A DNA stretch of 64,000 nt. Origin: a virus. The DNA lies in IMG/VR virus record IMGVR_UViG_3300048837_000984, positions 1-64,000 of that record; one strand, given 5' to 3'. Under the pieces are notes generated by a model. It had not been told where the DNA came from and did no database searches. It saw only the letters and a program-made list of their open reading frames with translations. Both the position numbers and the translations under genes were made by a program. Positions 28,590-38,400 of this stretch are shown in pieces (position 1 is the stretch's first letter; each line of letters starts with the position of its first letter).

Positions 28590-30235
28590 TGGGACGGACT
28601 CCGGGCTTTGAACGCATCGGTCAGATGGTTCTCGCCAGTACGCCAGCTGTAGGGGCTGAAGAACTCGCGATATACGAGAGGAGCCAGGCCTGCCATAATG
28701 GCTGGCGTATTAGCCAAACTGAAGTGCCTGGTATTGTTACGTCGATAGTCACGGAGAATTTCACGCGCTCTGGCAATCTCGCTTCGAGTCATGTTACGAG
28801 TGCCGGAGGTTGGGTGAATGTCACCGGGAGCGGTAAAAACTGGCTCCGACATGAGCTTCGGAGCTGCCACAGGGTTTCTACCAAGGCCCTGCGGTCCCTC
28901 GATATACGCAATCACTCTATTGAGTTTGGCTATCTCAGCGGCTTGGACAGGTTGCACGTTCGGAACGTTAAGTTGGGCTAACCTGGCTTTGGCTTGAGCA
29001 AGGACAGAATTCAGCGATTTTGTCCTAGCTAGGTCCTTCAAGTATGGCTTCTGTAAGCCTTTGTTCGTATTTCTTATCGCCTCGACATTCTGGTCGTGAC
29101 CAGCTCGCGCTCTCGCTACGTTTTCTGCGTTTAGTCGCTGGTTCTCCGCAATGTCTGCCTTACTCATTTCTGTTTGAACTACGTCGCCCGGACGAACAAC
29201 TCTGTTAATCTGGTTGACTACCTCGTCTCCGCCGAGCGTTTTCTTGATTTGTTCGTACGCCGGAGAGCCTGGCGGTAGCTTAGCAAGTTCATTTTTTAAG
29301 TAGGTTGAAAGCTCAGCGTTCGTCGAGCCTCCCATGAGGCTTCTAAACATCTCCTTTAAACCGGGGATGTCGTGCTGGTAGCGACGCATTGCTCCGTAAG
29401 ATAACAAAGACGCGATGGGTGTCGCGACAGTCTCACCAGTGTCCCACATGTCTTTGTAGGAGTGAGGGTCGCCCATACCCATGGCGAACGCCTTAAAACC
29501 TGGATCAACGGCACCCAGCGTGTCAACTGCACGGGCCTGGCCCGCCAAACTCCCAGCATTTAGCAACGTCTGACCGTACATACCACCGCTGTTCGTTGCG
29601 CGCACGTTCTCTTTGGCCTCTCGCATCAGCTCGTTCAGCTTTTTCTCTGCTGCTGATCGGGCGTCTGGTGTTTTTGCTGCGTCAACCACGGCGCGTGCCT
29701 TATCCAGTTTTGGCAGCCAGGCCTTGATCGCTTCTGCCTTGGCTGGGTCGCTCGATCCGATCTGGAGAATTTTGTCAGTCTCTTCTCTAGCTTTAGCTGG
29801 ATCCACTGTCGGATTGTTGGCGCCTGCAATTGGTGCTTCACCCTTGAGGCCGTAGTGATAGAGAGCGCTACCGCCGCCACCGATCGCACCGCCCATCAAG
29901 CCGCCCGTCAGGACATCGCTAAAGAACCGCTTGCGTCTGTCCTTGTTGACAAGGCTGTTCAGTCCACCTAGCCCTGCACCGACACCAGCACCAATCAGGG
30001 CGTTCTGTGCGTGCGGGTTTGCCCAGATGGCTTTGGCGCCTTCAGTAACGCCAGTGCCGATCTGGTTCGCATACTCAGAGGCCTGTCCACCCAGGTTCTT
30101 GAGCCACTCGCTCCAGCCGCCTTCTTCGCCTTCAGCTAGTTTGGTCATCTGCTTCCTGGCAGACGCACGCTTGACCACCATCCGAAGAGCATCGGACATG
30201 GAACCTTTGAGCCAGGCTGGGTTGTTCAGCTTCAT
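28586..30235 (-). CDS. Glycine-zipper internal virion (ejection-like) protein
   Basis: ALIGAGVGAGLGGL and LTGGLMGGAIGGGG; N-terminal KRASARKQMTKLAEG. Confidence 0.5.
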   Translation of the reverse strand: MKLNNPAWLKGSMSDALRMVVKRASARKQMTKLAEGEEGGWSEWLKNLGGQASEYANQIGTGVTEGAKAIWANPHAQNALIGAGVGAGLGGLNSLVNKDRRKRFFSDVLTGGLMGGAIGGGGSALYHYGLKGEAPIAGANNPTVDPAKAREETDKILQIGSSDPAKAEAIKAWLPKLDKARAVVDAAKTPDARSAAEKKLNELMREAKENVRATNSGGMYGQTLLNAGSLAGQARAVDTLGAVDPGFKAFAMGMGDPHSYKDMWDTGETVATPIASLLSYGAMRRYQHDIPGLKEMFRSLMGGSTNAELSTYLKNELAKLPPGSPAYEQIKKTLGGDEVVNQINRVVRPGDVVQTEMSKADIAENQRLNAENVARARAGHDQNVEAIRNTNKGLQKPYLKDLARTKSLNSVLAQAKARLAQLNVPNVQPVQAAEIAKLNRVIAYIEGPQGLGRNPVAAPKLMSEPVFTAPGDIHPTSGTRNMTRSEIARAREILRDYRRNNTRHFSLANTPAIMAGLAPLVYREFFSPYSWRTGENHLTDAFKARSPSQ

Positions 30236-31611
30236 TCATCGACTCCTTCGAGAACTGACCCAGCCTTGACCTTGTAGTTAGCGTACGGCAGGCGCGACGG
30301 CATCTTTCGAATGTCTGTCGGCTCGTCACGCTGCTTGAGCTGATTCTCGATGCCGGTCAGCTGGTCAACTTCATGTGTGTCGACCTGCCCCTGGGCAAGA
30401 CTCCGACGAAGCATGGCCCGAACCAGCATCTCCTGGCTAGAAGCCCGTGGAGCGATCTGAGTCAGCTGGTTGTAGGAGTCAACAACTTCGTTAGGGTCGT
30501 AACCGCTAATGACATCGTCATTGGCCAGCAGGTTTGACAGCATGTACTGTTTTCGGATGTTGCTCAGGTTGCTTTCGTGACCCGGATCCGAAAACTTGGC
30601 CACAGTGTCGTCCAGGTGCTCGTCGTCTGTCTTCTGCTGTCCGACGATAGGAGCCTTGCCAACGACCTTGCGGGCAAGTTCCAGAGCAAAGACGGCTTTG
30701 ATCGCGTCACCAACACCTGCGGCCTGCTTTTCGACAAAGTCTTCCATGACCGAGGTCATCTTCGGTTCTGGACGCTTCGGATCGATCAGTCGAGTCAGCA
30801 TCTCGATCTTGGTTGTGGCGTCCTTCTGAAACGCTTCCAGGTCAGCTCGGTAGCGAGCATGTCCTTGCAAAGCCATGACGCCTTGCTTGATCGCCAGGAA
30901 AGGCGCCTTGTTCCAGTTCACCGAAACGAATCCAGCGGAGGCTCGCTTGGTGATGGACTCGTTGTTCTGGCTGATACAAGACAGGAAATCGAGCCCAGCC
31001 TTGCCGTAGTAAGCGCCTACCTCCCGAGAGACATCCCGGAACGGAATAGCGTCTACGCGCCGGAAGTAGTCGTCCAGCTCGGCAACACAGCTGGCGACCT
31101 TGTCCCGCAAGGAGGACACCATCATTCGCTTGCGATCTTCGACTGTCTTCAGATCCCGAATAGCGAAGATAGCAGACTCTCGAAGATGTTCAGGATCGAC
31201 ATAGGGCTGTTGAGTGCTGGCGACCTTTGTCTGTACGAGTCGAGCCTGTCGTTCCCTGTCGCGAAGCCAGCTAGGTGATCTTGAGTAGTCCTCCGACACG
31301 GCATCTGTTGCCTGCTTTTCAGCAACAACTTTGCCGTCTTCTGGGTACAGGGCCTCAAGTACTTCCTTCGCGTCCGCAATTGGGAAAGTGGCAATCTTCT
31401 CGTATAGGTCATCCGCAGATTTCCTTTGAACAGCGGTTCTACCGTTGTTGTAAGCCTGCACGATGAGACGGATATGGCCCGGCAGAATTTGGTTGTCGCT
31501 TGCCACCTTGATGATGGCCGCGGTTGGGTGCTCACCGTCGTTGACCAGGTCGGTGACTTGTTCCAGAGCTTCGGTGAGCTTGGCCTCAGTTTGGTTGCTG
31601 ATTCGGCGCAT
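30232..31611 (-). CDS. Internal head protein with K-x-A motifs
   Basis: ATG 31611; KVASD, EKQAT, KVAST, KRASA, EKQAAG. Confidence 0.5.
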   Translation of the reverse strand: MRRISNQTEAKLTEALEQVTDLVNDGEHPTAAIIKVASDNQILPGHIRLIVQAYNNGRTAVQRKSADDLYEKIATFPIADAKEVLEALYPEDGKVVAEKQATDAVSEDYSRSPSWLRDRERQARLVQTKVASTQQPYVDPEHLRESAIFAIRDLKTVEDRKRMMVSSLRDKVASCVAELDDYFRRVDAIPFRDVSREVGAYYGKAGLDFLSCISQNNESITKRASAGFVSVNWNKAPFLAIKQGVMALQGHARYRADLEAFQKDATTKIEMLTRLIDPKRPEPKMTSVMEDFVEKQAAGVGDAIKAVFALELARKVVGKAPIVGQQKTDDEHLDDTVAKFSDPGHESNLSNIRKQYMLSNLLANDDVISGYDPNEVVDSYNQLTQIAPRASSQEMLVRAMLRRSLAQGQVDTHEVDQLTGIENQLKQRDEPTDIRKMPSRLPYANYKVKAGSVLEGVDE

Positions 31612-32509
31612 CCTTGCTTTTCTCCGGAAACGTCCAATCCACGTCCTTGTGGTAGTCGATACTTCCGCCAGCAGCAACGGTGAGTGTTTCGCTAGCCCGA
31701 AGTTCTACTGCTTTCTTATCGTACGACAAAAACTTTTCAGACGCTACTGAATCCAGGGCGCCTGGGGCGAAGTACTGGCCTACATGATCCATCAGGGCGC
31801 GGACTTGTTCTTGGAGTCCGGCTTGCGAAGCGCCAGCGCCCTCGGCCTTGGCAATTTCTCGAAACCTGGCGTGGGCTTCCATGAGTGCCGCGTGGTTGAA
31901 AGCAACCGGCATTGTCCGCGCTGATATAGCTGCCTTGCGCGCCAAGGTGCTCATCGCATCTGCATGGAACCAGCGGTCAGCGACCGGGTTGCCAATGGTT
32001 GTAATGGCAGCATCGAGAACCAGCGGTCCACCGCTGTAACCGAAGATCTTCCAGAGAACGTCGTAGTCACGGTCAGAGAGGCCGCGCTGGATAGCTGCCC
32101 CAATCACGTTATTGCAGACCCAGTCCGGCGCTTCTAGTCGGTCAGCGACGTTGAAGAAACACTTCTCATACCACCGAATCGTCTCGGTCGAGATACAGGT
32201 TCTGGCGGAAATTCTCTCTACCGGCTCGCCAGTCAACAACCGAGCCTCCAGGACCCAACGCGTCTTATACCGATCGTCGTTGCGAATACTGTGTGCCTGA
32301 GCCAAGCCTGGATAGGCCTCAAGCAGGTTCTCCAACGCACGCTCGGTCTGCGACTGGTTGTAACGAGCCTGATAGCGCCGGAGAAGCATAACGAACGGAT
32401 CTTCGCCGTTATGCTTCCCGTACTTACCGCCGGTGAGGAGCCACGCAGCCCGCTCCCACCTCCAATCTGGGGGCCGAAGCGGGCTGTCTTTGTGTAGATG
32501 CAAAGACAT
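31586..32509 (-). CDS. Hypothetical protein
   Basis: 307-aa ORF coupled to its neighbours. Confidence 0.6.
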   Translation of the reverse strand: MSLHLHKDSPLRPPDWRWERAAWLLTGGKYGKHNGEDPFVMLLRRYQARYNQSQTERALENLLEAYPGLAQAHSIRNDDRYKTRWVLEARLLTGEPVERISARTCISTETIRWYEKCFFNVADRLEAPDWVCNNVIGAAIQRGLSDRDYDVLWKIFGYSGGPLVLDAAITTIGNPVADRWFHADAMSTLARKAAISARTMPVAFNHAALMEAHARFREIAKAEGAGASQAGLQEQVRALMDHVGQYFAPGALDSVASEKFLSYDKKAVELRASETLTVAAGGSIDYHKDVDWTFPEKSKDAPNQQPN

Positions 32510-32994
32510 CAGCTAAAGGTCTCAAAGGTTACAGAAGCGTCCCAGGTCGATGCATCCGCAGAGTTGTTCGGGATGATGACCAGATACAGATAACGTTCAT
32601 TCACGGTAAGAGACGCCTGATCCATGTTGATGAATGGGTGCCCGTCGCTACCGCTGGCCGAATCCTGGGAACGCCAATCTACAGCGTTTCCCGACGTGGC
32701 CGTCTGCTTGGCAATGACTCGGAACAACCCAACGTCGACAGCTGCAGCCGCGTTGTAGGCAGCTTCAGCCTCAGAACCGTCTCCGTAGGGTGTAGAGGAA
32801 GCCAGGACCTCGACGTCGAAGCCGGCATTTGTGCCAGAAGCCTGCTTCACATAAACGCGATGCAGACGCCCTTCCGAGTAAGCCGGCAGCTTGGTGACCT
32901 TGCGCTTGGCCGTACCAATCGTGATAGCAGCCTTGGCCTTGGCCGGGGCCTGGGCGTCGTCTGTGTACAGGATTGAATGAATTCTGTTCGCCAC
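32509..32994 (-). CDS. Hypothetical (possibly structural) protein
   Basis: 161-aa beta-rich ORF in operon. Confidence 0.55.
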   Translation of the reverse strand: MANRIHSILYTDDAQAPAKAKAAITIGTAKRKVTKLPAYSEGRLHRVYVKQASGTNAGFDVEVLASSTPYGDGSEAEAAYNAAAAVDVGLFRVIAKQTATSGNAVDWRSQDSASGSDGHPFINMDQASLTVNERYLYLVIIPNNSADASTWDASVTFETFS

Positions 32995-33005
32995 TTAACG
33001 CTCCT

Positions 33006-35375
33006 TTAGTTGGCCGTGTCACCAAGGTCAATGTCCATGCCCTCATCTGGGAACGGCTCGACCGACTTGCGCTTCAGCGCCAGGACAATGTCTCCGACCG
33101 CCTCGAAAGCATTGCGGAGGCTGTCTTCCAGCTCTGGCATATCTTGCTTACCGTACCGATCCTCAAAGGCTTCACCATGCCAGTAGAACAGGAACAGTAC
33201 GCGCCCGAGGCGATCCAGACCCTTCATCATGTCGCCGAGAAACCGGTCGATCATGTTTTCCTGACGGACGACACCCAACAGAGAACCCAGCATGGCAGTG
33301 TCAAACACTTCACGCTGACCACTATTTGCGGCCTGCTGGGCAATTTCCATCGAGCGTCGATCAGGTCCACGCGGGTCGTAGATGTTTCTGTCCGTGTTGG
33401 CTGCCATCAGGTCTGGGACAGGTAGCTGGAATTCCGAGTGAAGAACAGACGGATAGCCGTTCGTCGTCATGATGTCGCCACCTGAGTACGGCTCTGGGAA
33501 GCTAGGCGCTCCCGGCGTGTACTTGGCCAGGTCACCGATAGGCTCAGCGTACTTGACGCGGAATTCCGCAACCTTGGTGTACGACTTCTCGGCTGTCTTC
33601 AACAGGAGATCAGCGGCCTCTTTCCGGAAGCCGTGATCACGAACCAAGGAGATCATTGCTTCCTTGCGCGTTTGCTGGTCCTGATCGTTGACAGAAACCA
33701 TTCGACCGTTGGAGAAGATCTTAAGCGCCGAAGTCTCGGCCAGGAGAGCCATCTGGACGTCCTCAATGCGCCCAGGTCGGATTGGCTCCCGCTTCTCGTC
33801 ATCCGATTCAGGGCTGACACGGATCAGTCGGAAATTGTCTGGAACGAACAGGTCAGTCCCATGCGCTCGCATGGCCGACCCGGGCCGCTTGTTCAGGACA
33901 ATGCGGCTGTCACAGCTGCAGCACGAGTCTACTGGGTCAAGTCTTTCCCGCGGCGGCTGGCTCAGCCACTCGGGCGACCGGTCTTGGGCGTAGTCGTCAA
34001 ACCAGACGTCATAGGACTCGCTGCGGCCATTCGCTTCGTCACCTGGATACTCGTCGTGGACCTTGAACGGCGCAGACCCTTCGCCGTTGGGACTGAGGAG
34101 GATCCACTTACCGTCGTGCGGAAGGCTCTGGGCTTCCTGGCCGTTATCTTCCAGCCACTTGCGGAAGACTTCCTTGCTGCTTTGACCCTTGGTCCAGACG
34201 TTGGCTGGGTGCGTGTTCAGGAACGCACGAGAGCCGTCAGCCCGGATGACCGTGCAGAACTGATGTCGACCGGCACTACTGTACGGTGCCATAACGACCA
34301 GGCACCGCTCGAAGTTGCCTGGGCGAGTCAAGACCTCGTACAGACCGGTCTCGATCGGATTTTGCATCTCCGCAGGTTCGATGACGTTGTAGGCGTGCGT
34401 CACTTCTTCTTTGAAGCGGTCATCCTTGACTAGAACCTCTTCCCTGAGAAGCTCTTCGCGCTCCGTAGCGTCCAGCTCGTTGAGAGCTGCGCCAGACTTG
34501 TACAGGTCATAGATCCGCAGACGCGGCTTTGGTCCGGTTGGCTTGACCGGATCGTCGGCTAGGATGCTAGCCTTCTTCTCGACTTTATTTTTAAGTGCCC
34601 GATCGAGAAGTCCCGGGTAGAACTCGTCGATGGCCTTGAACACTGACGGGTACTGGCTGGCAACCTTCTCCAGGATGTACTTCACCGTCGGGGCACCGGT
34701 TTCAAGAACAAAATCAGCAAAGCCAGCGACCTTGCTGAACTTCTTGTCCGTCGCTGGATCCGTAGTGGCAAAGTAAGCCAGCGACGGGAGGATTTCCAGA
34801 GACCACTTGGCGACGGCTGATGCAAACTTGTACGGCGAACGGGCCAGCTGGTAGAAGTGTGGAGCCTGCACGCCCAGTTGGGACAGGTTCCGGTCGGTGG
34901 TCTCACCCAGGACACTGGGCTTGCGGCCAAGCAAGTAGTTGAGCCAGTTCTCCTTCAGCGGGATGAAAGCGTCCTGGTTCTTGATGTATAGCAGCTCGTG
35001 ACCCTTCAGGTCGCCGTTCAGGAAGAACACCGGAACATACAACCACTGGGAGCCGATCTTGAAGCCGAAGACACCAACCGCTTTGGTGTTGTCCTGGTTC
35101 TTCTCAATCAACTGGAAGCCGACCATGAAGTCGAGAAGCTTGGGAGCCTTGTCACGAATGTAAGCGTTAGCAAGATTAGCAAACGCTGTTTCAAACGGCA
35201 TGTCCTGGTCGCCACCGAGTTCGGCGAGCTTGACGCGTCGGTTGCCGAGGGACAGGTTACGACAAACCTGGAGCCAGTGCGAAGCGGACTTGCGCCACCA
35301 ATCAGGCGAAGTACCGGACGCACTGTTGTTCCAGTTTTTGAACCTTACCGCCTGGCTGGCTGCTTTGGTAATCAT
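33006..35375 (-). CDS. Large internal head protein with K-x-A motifs
   Basis: 789 aa; KAASQ, KSASH, KLAEL, KFASA, KVAGF, KKASI, KYAEP. Confidence 0.55.
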   Translation of the reverse strand: MITKAASQAVRFKNWNNSASGTSPDWWRKSASHWLQVCRNLSLGNRRVKLAELGGDQDMPFETAFANLANAYIRDKAPKLLDFMVGFQLIEKNQDNTKAVGVFGFKIGSQWLYVPVFFLNGDLKGHELLYIKNQDAFIPLKENWLNYLLGRKPSVLGETTDRNLSQLGVQAPHFYQLARSPYKFASAVAKWSLEILPSLAYFATTDPATDKKFSKVAGFADFVLETGAPTVKYILEKVASQYPSVFKAIDEFYPGLLDRALKNKVEKKASILADDPVKPTGPKPRLRIYDLYKSGAALNELDATEREELLREEVLVKDDRFKEEVTHAYNVIEPAEMQNPIETGLYEVLTRPGNFERCLVVMAPYSSAGRHQFCTVIRADGSRAFLNTHPANVWTKGQSSKEVFRKWLEDNGQEAQSLPHDGKWILLSPNGEGSAPFKVHDEYPGDEANGRSESYDVWFDDYAQDRSPEWLSQPPRERLDPVDSCCSCDSRIVLNKRPGSAMRAHGTDLFVPDNFRLIRVSPESDDEKREPIRPGRIEDVQMALLAETSALKIFSNGRMVSVNDQDQQTRKEAMISLVRDHGFRKEAADLLLKTAEKSYTKVAEFRVKYAEPIGDLAKYTPGAPSFPEPYSGGDIMTTNGYPSVLHSEFQLPVPDLMAANTDRNIYDPRGPDRRSMEIAQQAANSGQREVFDTAMLGSLLGVVRQENMIDRFLGDMMKGLDRLGRVLFLFYWHGEAFEDRYGKQDMPELEDSLRNAFEAVGDIVLALKRKSVEPFPDEGMDIDLGDTAN

Positions 35376-35441
35376 GGTCCATCCATGGACTTAGGTTGAC
35401 TGAGACGGTTTACTCTATGGTAACCATCCTCTGGTTCAAAG

Positions 35442-38400
35442 TCACTCGCCTTCAAGGTCCGCTAGAACGGAGTCTTGCTTGGGCTTCTTTGGTGGAAGTT
35501 CCAAAGACTTGACCTTCTTGGGGTCGTATCCTTGAGTCAGACCCTCGCGACCAAAGTTTTCGGCTCTGGCCAGGGCTGGGACATAGCTGGTACCCAGTTC
35601 GTTGGACTTATCGCCGCGGTGAACGCCCTTGAGTAGGTTCTTCTGTAAGTAGCTACCCAGGAACCGAGTCATCCAATCGGGGTCATGCGTCAAGTTTTCC
35701 ATACCTCGAACCATCTCAGCACGGAATGGTGGTTCGTCTCGGTGGACTGCGATGTTATTGACGCCGAACTTCTGTAGCTGCTTGACAGTGCTGGGTCGAA
35801 TCGGCGTGCCAATCGTGTAGTGCAGGGTCGGCTTTTCCAGATACATACCTACAGCCTTCTTGGGGTCCATGATTGTGTACCCCTCACGCGGCCGGTAATC
35901 GTGTTCTAGGCGGCTGTACTGGACAACGTCGTCAGGCAAGTAGTCTTCCATTTCGTCCGACATACGGACGTGGTCGATGAGGCCGCGAGCGATAAGCTCA
36001 ACGTTCCTGCGATGCGCTGGAATTCCAGATTCCTTGTAGGCGTCCATGAAGGCGTTAACGAAGTAACGGCGACCCTCGCCGATGCCCTTGTACTGGACAA
36101 TCTCTGCGGGGTTAGGAATACCTTCACTAATGACGTCACCGGCTTCGACCTCGTCACCTGGCTTGACCTTTAGGTTGTAGCCGGTCGCAACGTAATGGTC
36201 CTGGTTATCAATCGTGATGTAGTGGCCACCTTGTGGGGCTTCACGAATGCCTGTAACCTTTCCGTCCAGTTTGGCGTGTGCGGCACCGCCCTTGAAGGTC
36301 TTTGGAACTTGGACAAGTTGGTTGACCAGCTTGAAACCGCTAACACCTTTAGCCGCGCCGGCGACACCACCTGAGTGTTTGGAGCTGTTCGAGACAATTA
36401 AACCGTTAGCTAGCACGAACAGATGGTCAGGATGGTCAACTTCAATGTCGTAGGTTGCCAGACAGCCAACTGGCTCTTGCGAACGGCGATAGTATTTACT
36501 GCAGTCCGTGTCGAGACGTGGTTTCCAGTCGGCTACAATCCGTTCCGCCGTATGTTTCTTCACCCCGTACAGAGGGATACAGTCAAGGAACTTCAAAACC
36601 TCCGGACGCCTCGTGATCGTGAGCGAGTGTAGCAAACGCTTTCGACTAGACCCCGTCGAGTGAATACGGCCAGCGTGAATCGCGAACCGTATACGTAGAA
36701 GATCGCGTAATTGCTCGACCATCCGCAGAGAAGTTGAGCCAAACTGAATATGCAGAGCTGCTGTGTCACGCGTAGAGGAGGCCGCATACAGAGAACCGTC
36801 CGTGACGTATAGCCCGGCGATTAACTGTTGTACCGACGTTTGGTCCCAGCCCCAGACTTCCTCAGGGATCACCTTATCGTGTGCGTACTTGCCGTGCATC
36901 TGGTAGAACTTTAGCTTAATCAAAGCTGGGTTACGATCGCCAGGCAGCATACGCCCTGTGGCCTTATCCTGTTTCACTGTGTCGCGGACCTGGCTAATAC
37001 GCCAGTACCCCTTCTGCCCGGCAAGAAGCTTGGCCTTGAGACCGAGTGATTGTAGGTATGGCTGAATATCTTCAATCAGCGAAGGATCGAAGCAAGACAG
37101 ATGCACGCCATGAACCGACTCAGTATAACAGCCGTCGCCCAGAAGCAACCCCAGCAGAAGCGCGTACGGTTCTGCCGAACCGCCGGTAAAGGATACCGCT
37201 GTCGTCATTTCTGCGCCATAACCGACACACTTCTCCGCCACTGGCAAGACGTCGCAAATCTTCCGCTCGTGCGGCAGGCTCCAGTAGCGGGCTGTAGCTA
37301 ACAGCTTGTGGTCTGGTGTTGACACCAGCTCGATAAATTCTCGCGTGGAAGCGACTCTGAACAGTGTCCGGACGCAGTCGCGCGGGCCGTTATTGAAGGT
37401 CCGTAAAACGCGAACCGGAAAAGTGCAACCACTACGGTCGGCACCTAGGACTTCTTCTCCGACGTTGATTGCTTCAATTGGCCGGACGCTCCAGTCCGCC
37501 ATCCTGACCAATGTTCCTTCAGCCAGGCATAGCTGGCTTTGACTGAGCGGTTCGCCAAGGGCATTTGCAGCAGCTATGCCAACAAAGTCCCCGACAGGTG
37601 GAATGTCTCCCTTTTCTCGAACACCGAGATCTCGCCCGTAGACGCCACCCTCGGGCGGGCCACCAGTCAACGGGCTGCGGACCAGAATGTCGTCAATGCC
37701 CTTAGACTTTAGGTCAGTGATGATCTTGGGGTTGAGAACAGTATTGCGCGGATAACCGCCGGTTGAAACAGCCAGCAGGGCACCCACATTGTCTGGGTCA
37801 TCGGTACTGGTTGGCAAGCCGACAGGTGTATCGGGCTCTCCATCACCGTCCCGGTCAAGCGCCGTAACTACAAGTCGGTGCGCGACTTGCGTCATCTGCT
37901 TGCTGTTCGACACGATCGCCCCATTAGCGAGCACGAACAAATGGTCAGGATGTGCTACCTCGATATCGAATGTACGTTCTACGCCAACGTAGGTCGAATC
38001 GACGAAACGCGCAAGAGAGTCAGCAAGCACAGCTGAGTAACTTCCATCCAGGTCACCCAGCTTAGCCATTTCCGGTTGGGAACAACTGTCCTTAGTGGTC
38101 AGGATCTTGTGGTCTACAGTAGCTGCAATCCCGATTAGCTCTGTGCTGGCTCCGCTACAGCGGAAGCTAAACTTGTGAACGTCGCGAGGACCGTTGTCAA
38201 AAACCGCAGACACTGGTACCGGAAAAGTGTTGCCGGCCTTGTCTGCTCCGAGGACAACGTCACCGGGTGCGATTTCCTCAATAGGCTTGCAGCTGAAGTC
38301 ACCCATACGAACTGACGTACCTTCAGCCAGACAAAAGAATCCCGCATCCTGGGTACTGTTAGAGACGGTCAGAAAGTTTTCCAGCACGAACATGTGGTCG